NCBI RefSeq assembly: GCF_006345805.1
Contig: NC_043005.1
Coordinates: 50,282,001-50,346,000, forward strand
Origin: Octopus sinensis
Taxonomy: Eukaryota
Length of the DNA: 64,000 bases
Direction: 5' to 3'
Shown: positions 52,780-64,000 of the stretch, one piece after another
How the letters are laid out: the number at the start of each line of letters is the position of its first letter
Numbering within the stretch: position 1 is the first letter of the stretch
Program-made: the position numbers and the translations under genes
Notes under the pieces: model-generated
The model's input: the letters and a program-made list of their open reading frames with translations, nothing else
Databases searched by the model: none
What the model was told of the DNA's origin: nothing

Positions 52780-52813
<34 letters not shown>

Positions 52814-52816
<3 letters not shown>

Positions 52817-53796
52817 CAACAATTGAGGGTAAAAACGTACGTTCTCAAATAACCTTTGCACTTGATTTTTTAATGTTTTTTCCCCCATACCTTTGTGAGT
52901 TGGTTTAGGCAAACACTATCTGAGAGAGATCTTCTTTAAGTATTAGAAATAGCTGAAGAAATTCTTTAGCTGCTATTTCTAATGAGTTCAGTATGTGGCA
53001 AAGTAATTTATTTTACTAAGCCCTTATATATAATGTAATATTTTGAATTCGCCTAAAATGGTCCTTTACATACTGAATACTTGGTGAAATTGATTAATAA
53101 TTAATTAATTTTACCCTCAATTGTTGAAATTATAATTCATCTCTCTCTGTTAAATGCTGCGGTTTTCACCGTTAATACATGGTGTTTGTCAATTTTAACC
53201 CACGCTGGTGGAAAGGGGAGAGCAGAAATTCTTCGCTTGCATATTCGAATTTGATAGCACTTTTAGTTCGAGCAGAATTCTAGAGGTGATAAGAAGCCGA
53301 AAGGGTATGCTCCCAACTTTCAGTGTTCCCAAATACGATTCAAGGAATTCTGAGCTGACGAAAGAAATGTCGAATTGACTAATCTAGAAACGTACGTTCT
53401 CAAATAACCTTTGCACTTGATTTTTTAATGTTTTTCCCCCATACCTTTGTGAGTTGGTTTAGGCAAACACTATCTGAGAGAGATCTTCTTTAAGTATTAG
53501 AAATAGCTGAAGAAATTTCTTTAGCTGCTATTTCTAATGAGTTCAGTATGTGGCAAAGTAATTTATTTTACTAAGCCCTTATATATAATGTAATATTTTG
53601 AATTCGCCTAAAATGGTCCCTTTACATACTGAATACTTGGTGAAATTGATTAATAATTAATTAATTTTACCCTCAATTGTTGAAATTATAATTCATCTCT
53701 CTCTGTTAAATGCTGCGGTTTTCACCGTTAATACATGGTGTTTGTCAATTTTAACCCACGCTGGTTAAATTATTTTACTAAGCCCTTATATATAAT
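52814..53796 (+). mobile_element. Non-coding 555-bp partial-tandem element with hammerhead (retrozyme-like or non-autonomous Penelope)
   Basis: cgtacgttctcaaataacc at 52836 and 53391. The 5' 21 bp are an inverted copy of 53109-53129. Flanked by (TA)n. Confidence 0.85.
53347..53405 (+). ncRNA. Type I hammerhead ribozyme with intact core
   Basis: tgag-CTGACGA-a aga aat gtc gaatt gac taa tct a-GAAAC gtac GTT-ctca. Palindromic stem III AACGTACGTT. Confidence 0.8.
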
Positions 53797-53840
53797 ATAT
53801 ATATATATATTATATATATATATATAATATATATATATAT

Positions 53841-53875
<35 letters not shown>

Positions 53876-53929
53876 GTATATATATAGGTATGTATATACC
53901 TACATATAAAAAATCAACCAATTAAAATA

Positions 53930-55400
53930 CATCCACATTCAACAACAATGAAAAGGCTGGAGTTGGAAAAGCTTCATCTGCAGGCCGACATGAAAAACTC
54001 TATTGAAAATCAAAGAGCTGCAGTGGAACACTGGGTAATAAAAAAAAATCAAACAGAACCCAGAAGTGTTCTAGTCTTATGCAAATAAGCATAGAACCGC
54101 TGTCTCACCCATTGGGCCATTGATCGGTGAGAACGGCATTCCCCAACACGATGCTAAAGAAATGGCAGAAATACTGCAGAAACAATACTGCTCTGTCTTT
54201 AGTGATCCCTCTGATATTGACGTAAGTGAAGCGAACGAAGTTGATTCCCAATATATAATCTCGGATAAAACCTTCACTGCCTCAGACATCATAGTAGCAA
54301 TAAATGAGGTCAAATACTATTCTGCTGTAGGCCCTGATAGATTCTCCGCTAGTCTCCGGAAGGAATGTAGACACCAACTTGCAGTCCCTCTGACCAACCT
54401 CAGGAGAAATTCTTTAGACTCAGGTTATATACCCGATAGCTCCAAACCCAGTCGGTCATCTCGGTTTTCAAACAGGGAAACAGATCCCTCGCAGTCAACT
54501 GTCACCCAATCTCACTCACCTCCCACATCATTAAAGTGTTTGAAAGAGTGGAAAGATCAAGGATAGCTGACTTCCTGGAGATCCACAAACTCCTAAATGC
54601 AAATCAGCATAGCTTTCACTATGGCAGGAACTGTCTGTCACAGCTCTTACACACATTAAGGATATACTTAAAGCCTTGAGAACAGGATCAACTCTGATGT
54701 CATATATCTTGACTTCAGTAAAGCATTCAACAGGGTTGACCATAATATCTCAAAATTGGCAAATGTTGGAATCCGTGCAAAACTTCTACTCTTGATTGAG
54801 TATTTCCTGGCAAATAGAACACAGCATGTTGTGGTCGATGGGGTCCACTCAAGCCCAGCGAAAGTCACCAATGATGTCCTTCAGGGGACAGTCTTGGGCC
54901 CGCTCCTCTTTATAATCTACATAAACGACTTTTCCGGCGTAGTAAATCACTGCAAACTGAAAATATTTGCTGATGACATTAAGCTCCAGAAAATCATCAA
55001 TGAAGAAGAAGACCGAACTCAACTCCAGTCTGATCTATATGCGGTGAGTCAAAGGGCAGACAAAAATAAACAAGAGAAAATTTGAGCTGATGCATTTTGG
55101 AAGAAAGACTATACTAAAACAACCATACCCACTTCCTCCAGGGGAACCGCTCGCAGCATCTAATATTATCAGAGACCTGCGTGTAATTGTGGATAACAAT
55201 CTCAGTTAGAGTATCCACATCAACAATAAGGTCAATATAGCTCGTAGGATGAGCTCCTGGATCTTAAGAACCTCCCGGTCCAGAGAACAAGGTGTCATCA
55301 TTCCACTTTTCTCCTCCTTTGTATGGTCACACCTCGAATACTGCTGCCCCTTGTGGTCTCCCTATACAACACAAAATATCTCGAAAATTGAATGTCTCTG
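53930..55400 (+). mobile_element. Decayed CR1-clade LINE ORF2 (RT)
   Basis: MAEILQKQYCSVF, GPD, PISLTS, YLDFSKAFNRVDH, QGTVLGPLLFIIYIND, FADDIKL, LQSDL, HLEYCCPLWSP, with frameshifts. Confidence 0.92.
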
Positions 55401-55557
55401 ATCGATATTTTACAAAGCCAGGGGTTATATTGAGACTTCGTTTAACTAACAAATGCGAAATATAACTGGAAATCTCTGTACCACTGACGGCAAGACCAGC
55501 AGCGTCAGCGATGGTAGTAGCAGCAGCAGCAGCAGCATACTACCTGACAGTAGTATC

Positions 55558-55768
55558 AGTTTCAAATTTTGGTACAAGGCCAGCAATTTTAGAAGAGAGG
55601 TTAAGTCGATTACACCAATTCCAGTACTCAACTGGAACCTATTTTATCCACCTCGAAAAAATGAAAGGCAAAATCGACCTCGGTGGAATTTGAACTCAGT
55701 ACGTAAAGACGGACGAAATACCGCTAAATATTTTGCCCGGCGTACTAAGGATACTGTCAGCTTGCCGT
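55558..55768 (-). mobile_element. SINE family A, degenerate
   Basis: Core and B-box similarity. Confidence 0.7.
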
Positions 55769-56150
55769 CTTCTGACAGTATGTAATATCTGGCGTTCTGT
55801 GACAGGTATATGGTCGAGCCTATGGTAGTGGAGATACCCGGCGTTTTCGACTCCAGGACCATAACCCTGCGGACCATAAACCTATCGAGGCAGAGATGGT
55901 TATCTGGCAGTGCGAGTCCCATGTGTCAGAGTGGCTGTCCCAGCGCTTCTCCTCACCATCCCACAGAACATCACCTTTTCCATTTTGTCTGCTGGGACCA
56001 TGATGAGGTGGTTTGAATTACAAGAAATCAAGAAAATAGAAGAATTTCGTAGCTTAATATCCCTAGTTGGTCTTCATATAATCAAAGAAGTAATGTTTAA
56101 TTTCCAAGAAGTTAAACTTCCTTTTCGTCTTGGCATTGTGCATGCGCGTC

Positions 56151-56189
<39 letters not shown>

Positions 56190-56643
56190 TGTGTGTGCGT
56201 GCGTGCGTGTGTGTGTGTGTGTGTGCGTGTGTGTGTGTGTGTGTGTGCGTGTGTATGTGTGTATGTGGTTGAGCAAGAAATATCAATATAGATAAATAGA
56301 GACAGAATTAAAGAAAGAAAAGAAATGAAATAGAGTTTCAACTTTTGAAGCGTTAATAAGCAAAACATATTTATATATATATATATATATCGCTAAACGT
56401 GAACAAACTGAGTTGAAAATTATATATACACTTTATATATAAACGATAGAAGTTCAAAGACGACGAAGTTCAAAAACAATACTATGAAGACCATAAAAGC
56501 GTTGAAAACAAACGAAAACATCGCCTCACATTAAACTTGAACGTGTTCGAGCTGGAGAACAAACGTTCAGAAATTGGTAGCGATTGCGAGAAGAAAAAAA
56601 AGCAAGGCAATGTAAGGTCTGTCTGCCTGTCAATCTAAGTGCG

Positions 56644-56692
<49 letters not shown>

Positions 56693-56746
56693 GTACATGC
56701 ATACACACACATAAGTATGCATGTATTTATATATATATATGTATAA

Positions 56747-56970
56747 GAGTAGGCGTGGTAATATGGTGAGAATCTTTCTTCCCAACCACATGGTTCCGGG
56801 TTCAATCTAACTTAACAACCAACGTTGGTGTGTTTATGTCCCAGAAACTTAGCGGTTCGGCAAAGGGATCCGATAGAATAAGTATTAGACTTACAAAGAA
56901 TAAGTCCTGGGGTCGATTTGCTCGACTAAAGGCGGTGCTCCAGCATGGATGCTGTCAAATGACTGGAAAA
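56747..56970 (+). mobile_element. Internally deleted SINE family B
   Basis: caaccacatggttccgggttc joined to cttagcggttcggcaaa..ggcggtgctccagcatgg. Confidence 0.75.
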
Positions 56971-58139
56971 AAGTATGTATGTATGTATGTATGTATGTAT
57001 GTATGTAGGTATGTATGTATGTATGTATGCATGCATGTATGTATGTATGCATGTATATGGAGAGAGAAAGAGAGAGAGAATAAAACGAAGGAAATACTCT
57101 GGGAACTTTATCATGGAAAAGAGTAAGCTACCGGTTTCGATCACTTTAAGAAAACGATCTAGTTATGCTAATATATAAGGGAAAATAAGTTAAAACAAAT
57201 TAAATTAATCCTTAATATTTTTCTAAAATCACTTTTAGAAGTTCACATATTTTTGTTATAAAGACCACACGATTCTGTAATTCTTATATACATGAATGCA
57301 TGCATGAACATAAATACATACAAGGTACATGTGTGAGTATTTGCGTATGTATGCATACGTGATTGTAATCAGAACTGTTGAATAGAACAAAAACACCTTA
57401 CAGTCTTTGGTTCTGTACTGGATCGTTCTTTTACACTCATTTTTCTTCGCCGTTCTAAATTGATGATGTCGATAAATTATGGAACAAACAAAATTATAGG
57501 GGCAATGTAATCTCCCAAAACAACCTATTGAGGGATATGTCCCATCATGGTCGCAATTTAATGATGGAAACCAATGAACAACTAAAATATCACGCTAAAT
57601 TTGTAATCGTTTTAATTAGAGAAATAAATTTTGAAGAGAAATACTAACAAGTAAAATTACAGCATGGCATTAAAAGCATCTAAAGGAAAACAAATAAACC
57701 TCCTGATGAGTTATTAAGTGGTTGATTATCTTCCTAGATATAGTAACCAAATATCCACCAAATTCCACCCTGCTATCCTTGTCCCATGTCTATACAAATC
57801 ATATCTTATTTTCTAAAGAAAGAACACCAGTCTGTGTTATATCACACTACCGTTTAGAATAACTAAGTTTACCAATTTGCCATCAGATCACACGCTACAG
57901 CTTTAAAAATCCAAAGTCAAGACGCTGTCAAACCATTCTCTTGCGCTATTGTGATGAAATAGATTGTTTGAGAAAAAAGATAAATATTAATACACGGGTA
58001 AAAATTGTAACCCATTTCGTAAAAGATCTGTTGTATCAGGGCCGACCTAGGGGTAAACAATAAAATCAGCTACAGCAGAATTACAGCTATATACGTTTAT
58101 GTGAGTTGTGTGTATGTGTGTGTGTGTGATTACATATTA

Positions 58140-58777
58140 GTATCATATTTTAGTACAAGGCCAGAAAGTTCGTGGGTGGGGCTAAGTCGATTAGATCTAC
58201 CCCAGTATTTCGTATTTACAACTGGGACCTATTTTATCGAACCCAAAAGGAGGAAAGGCAAAGTCGACCTCGTGGCATATGACGTACGAAATGCCGTGGC
58301 GAAGACGTACGAAATGCCGCTTGGCTAACGATTCTGCCTCCTTGCCACGTTTATGTATGCTTATATAATGCAATGTCGAAGGGTGGGGAGTAAGTTGATT
58401 ACATCGACCCCAGTGCTCAGCTGTACTTAATCTCTCGACTCCGAAAGGTATAAAAGGCCAAGTGGACCCCGGTAGAATTTGAATTCAGAACGTAAAATGG
58501 AACGAGATGCCGCTAAGCATTTTGCCCGACGTGCTAACGATTCTGCCAGTTCATCACCTTATATATATGCTTGCTTACATATTCTTTTCTACATATTCTT
58601 TTCTACTCTAGGCACAAGGCTAGATTAGATGGATCCCTGGTACTTGATTTATCGATCCCGAGAGGATGAAAGGCAAAGTCGACCTCGTCGGAATTTGAAC
58701 TCAGAACGTAAAGACGAACGAGATGCCGCTAAGCATTTCGCCCGGTGTGCTAATGAATCTGCCAGCTAGCCGCCTTA
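58140..58777 (-). mobile_element. Three tandem SINE family A copies
   Basis: Repeated aaaggcaaagtcgacctcg..gctaacgattctgcc, each followed by tatatgcttgc-like flank. Confidence 0.8.
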
Positions 58778-59522
58778 TATGTATGCTTGCTTACATATTG
58801 CGATCCGTTTCATTCCAGACAAAAGTTATAATAGTATTGAAACGAAGCTGAGAAAATTCTATAAATAGCTAGCGTTATGGTGAAAGGTGGAGGAAGACAG
58901 AAATGGCAGAACTAGATGCGAGGAAAGGTAGGAGGAACAAAAGATTGAAAGTAAACAGCTGCTTGCAATTTTTTTCGGTGATGAAATTTTCAAATAAATA
59001 AATAAATAAATAAATAAATGAATAAATAAATAAAAATAATATGTTGAAAGGATGCGTTTGGAAAATTATTAGCTGTTACAGTAAGTTGCTTTGAATGTAA
59101 ACCGTTGGTGAATTGAAGCAAAAATTATTGAGTTTATATAATTGGTTGAAGGGAGGTGATTTAATTAAAAATTTGTTAATTGTAAGTGAAGTTATATAAG
59201 ATAATTGAAACTAAAATTAGTCAGGTTAAAATATTAAATTATGTTTACATATATAACAAAGGGATTGACGAGAAATACAAGTGATGTAAATAAATAAGGA
59301 AATAAATACGTGGAGCAATGATGATGCTTGAAAGACCATTGTTAACAGATATTGAGAGACGTAAAAAAAAGAGTTTCTTTTTAAAAGAGTCCTCTGTTCT
59401 TGAGTAAATTAAGATCATGACGAATGTTAGGGTAGTGGTTCTCAATCATATTTTTACCTTCGATTCCTATTTTACTCTGATGGACCATCATAGCCATAAG
59501 AGGTTTAAAAAAAATCCTATTA

Positions 59523-59743
59523 CAGCAATCCTCGCCATATCGCGGTTCACCTATCGCGGTTTATTATTTAAGCTTACGTCGATTCCTCCGTGGTGTTGTT
59601 TTGCATTTATAATAAAATAAATACATACAAATTATAAAAATGATTTTAAAAAACATACAGTACAGGACTGTTTCTATTTCGCGGATTTTCATCTATCGCG
59701 GGGGTTTTGGAACGTAATACCCGCGATAGTCGAGGGATTACTG
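59523..59743. mobile_element. pogo/Tigger-like MITE nested in a hAT MITE (~59435-59900)
   Basis: TA|cagcaatcctcgccatatcgcgg ... ccgcgatagtcgagggattactg|TA. Outer TIRs are gtggttctcaa / gttgagaacca. Confidence 0.75.
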
Positions 59744-60021
59744 TATATTTTTATAATTAAATATTATTAGGAATTGCATAAAAAGAATTTTTTAAATATT
59801 TTGTGTATTGTAGAAGAGTAACCAATTTATTGAACGTAAATTTTAAAACTAAAATCTTAGAAGTAACTCCAAAGGAAATGTGCACCCCGGTTGAGAACCA
59901 AAGGGTTAGAATACATAAAGTCTTGGAAAAATATAACGAAGACATGAGGTCGATAATAATATTCTTCTCTCTCTCTCTCTCTCTCTCTCTATTTCTCTCT
60001 CTCTCTCTTCTCTCTCTCTCT

Positions 60022-60084
<63 letters not shown>

Positions 60085-60234
60085 TATATTGAGGGCATTA
60101 CTATACATAAATGCGCTCAATATAAATAAATATATTTCAGAGAAAAATTGGTGGATTTTTTTTCTTTTAGGAGGTTTTTAACGCTAACTACTTGATAAAT
60201 TCCTATAAAGATTTTATTCTATTTTAAAATTTTA

Positions 60235-60278
<44 letters not shown>

Positions 60279-60279
60279 T

Positions 60280-60577
60280 TTATCTTTTTACTTGTTTTGA
60301 AGAATTTTAGTCGGTATCTATTTTTATTTTAACCCTGGTAATTATTTTATCTGTTTCTTTTGCCAAACTGATAGGTACTATGGGGTCGTAAACACATCGA
60401 CACCGGTTGTGAAGCGGCAGCGGAGAGAAAGCACGAAGGCATGGTCTACTAACTCCACTCACAAGGCTTTGGTCGGCTCGAGGTTATAGTAGAAGATACC
60501 TGCCCAGGTGTCATGCAGTGGGACTGAACGCGGAACCGTGTAGTTCGGAAGCAAACATCTTACCACCTAGCTGTGCA

Positions 60578-60631
<54 letters not shown>

Positions 60632-60968
60632 CTCTTTTACTTGTTTCAGTCATTTGACTGCGGCCATGCTGGACCCCAGGACTTATTCTTTGTAAGCATA
60701 TCGGGTTCTTTTGCCGAACCGCTAAGTTATGGGGACGTAAACACACCAGAATCGATTGTGAAGCGATGTTGGGGGACGAACATAGACACACAAAAATATA
60801 CGCTCACACATACATATACACATATATACACATATATGACGGACTTCTTTCAGTTTCCGTCTACCAAATCCACTCACAAGGCTTTAGTCAGCCCAAGGTA
60901 CCACGCTGTGGGACTGAACCCGGAACCATGTGGTTGGTAAGCAAGCTACTTACCACATAGCCACTCCT
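60280..60968 (-). mobile_element. Two SINE family B copies (60280-60560 and 60630-60968)
   Basis: tccactcacaaggcttt..gggactgaac occurs twice. Confidence 0.8.
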
Positions 60969-60972
60969 TTAT

Positions 60973-61015
<43 letters not shown>

Positions 61016-61024
61016 TATATATAT

Positions 61025-61072
<48 letters not shown>

Positions 61073-61423
61073 ACACAAATAAACCTATACGTATTTTTGC
61101 ATATGTATATGTGTATGTAAGTGTATGTCTGTTTTGTGTATATGTATGTCTGTGTATTTGCTTGTGTATATACATACTTAAACGTACACAGATAATTCCG
61201 GTTGATGAAGTAAATAGCACATTAACTTGTGTATATAGCTTAACAGTAGCTTTTACGATCGCTCTATTTGTCCAGTTATATGTATTCTGTCTGTCATCAC
61301 AGACCTACCTATATGTACTTACACTTATGAAGAGATGCGTTTGTGTCTGCGCGCGAGCATATGTGCGTCTTATGCATGTATATATGGTTATACACACACT
61401 CACACACACAGGCACATACACAG

Positions 61424-61473
<50 letters not shown>

Positions 61474-61932
61474 CATATATGCATATATACATGTGTATAT
61501 ATACATATACATACATATATATAGATACATATACATATATGCATATATATACATGTGTATATATAAATATACATACATACATATATATATATATAAATTA
61601 TATATATTTATATGTATATATATATAAATATGTATACATGTATGAATATGTATATATATATATATTTGTATATCAGTCAGTATGTATGTGTTTATAAACA
61701 CACACACACACACGTATATATATCATATCCGTGTATGCATGTGTGTAAGCATGTATGCATATACGTGTATGTCGTGTTTATGTAACGTGTGTATGCGTAT
61801 GTCTGTTAATCGTTCGCTGTATTTCTTTTCAATGTCGACCTCAATGAATAATTTTTTCTATAAGTCATTCCAAACACCAATGTCTTCAAGCTGCCAATTC
61901 AAATCTTCTCATTTCCTCCACCGCCACTCTTC

Positions 61933-61968
<36 letters not shown>

Positions 61969-63167
61969 TTCTTTCTTCACCTCTTTGTCTCTTTTTCACT
62001 CACTCTCTGTCTCTCTCTGTCTTCGTATCTTTGTTTCTCTTTTACTATCTCTCTCACACTTCATCCCTTTCTCTCTCTTTCTTTCTCTCCCTCTCTCTCC
62101 CCCATTTCCTATATTTCTTTTTCTTCTACGCATTCTGTCTGCTTCTTGCAATCACGTCTTTCACCCTGTTTCTGTCTGTCTGTCTGTCTGCCTCTCACTC
62201 TCTCTCTCTCTCTCGCTGTCCCTCTCTCATTCTTAACTAAATTTATTTCTTCCTCTTTCTCCCGCTTCTTTCTCTCTCTCTCTTACTCATTGACACTTAA
62301 CAAACCGATTTTCAATAGATGTCTTTCTTTGCCTTCACCCTCTCATCCCCCCCACCATCTCACAACCCCCTCCTTCACCTCGCCATTTTGACTATCCTCC
62401 CGCCGCACACGTACCTATAACGAACATATTCATACACTCGCACATACACAGGCAGAAACACAAACACACACACACAAGCACAACAACAACAACAAACACA
62501 TACACAGCGACACTCAGTATTGTTCAGTTCTTCTTTGAATAATGTCATTCCTATCGGAAGCTTTCAAATTTTGTCTGCACATTTCTGCTACCTGTTCTTC
62601 AATTGTGAATTCTTCAGCGGCAGTAAGATTGAACAATCTCTATTGCCAATAGGATCTCACATTATACATCTATACATACACACAAGCACACATAAACGCA
62701 TTCATACATACAGACACACATACACACAAACACACGCATACACATACACACACATATACATAACGTAACGTACACAGTTTTGATTCTATTCGTTCAAAAT
62801 TTTCATTCTTTCACTTTCATTTTCGTACTCCACCCCACCCCCACCTTCGTTTTATTTTAGGGGTGGGACAGGGGTTCCTTCTTGCTCTTTTACTATTTCT
62901 CACTTCCTTCTCTCTTACACCATCAATATACAATACATTCCACCTTCACCTCTCCACATTTCAACTATTTCATAGCCATTCAAAGACTCACGTCGAACTC
63001 TCTTAGACTATTCATTACCATTATGTATTACATGGGAATGCGGTATTTACTGAAATCATTCTACGTTCTAAGTTCAAATCCAACGAAGGTCACTTTTGCT
63101 TTTCGTTCTTCAAGATTTTTTGTTCTTATATTTTCTTACATGAGAGCCACTGTTTTGGCACTGCATA

Positions 63168-64000
<833 letters not shown>

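Overview
AT-rich eukaryotic non-coding DNA. The repeat content (tRNA-derived SINEs, dense TA/CATA/TATC/GA/TAT microsatellites, RTE, CR1, R4/Dong and Penelope retroelements, hAT and Tc1/mariner MITEs) most resembles a coleoid cephalopod such as Octopus; this is an inference. I can support no host protein-coding gene. Almost all ORFs in the track are microsatellite translations, and the protein-like ones are decayed transposon ORFs: RTE, Penelope RT and GIY-YIG, R4/Dong RLE, Tc3-like transposase and CR1 RT. The most notable signal is a dozen or so minimal hammerhead-ribozyme (HHR) motifs from several unrelated sequence families, mostly within (TA)n tracts. They include two divergently oriented HHR inverted repeats (13400-13745, and a near-perfect 453-bp palindrome at 14109-14561) and a non-coding 555-bp head-to-tail tandem unit with an intact HHR (52814-53796) that resembles a retrozyme or non-autonomous Penelope element and could yield circular RNA. 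Other observations: an RTE LINE ending in three tandem C2H2 fingers, SINE tail swapping and dimer junctions, and a SINE with an inverted copy of its own flank. All motifs were read by eye and boundaries are approximate.
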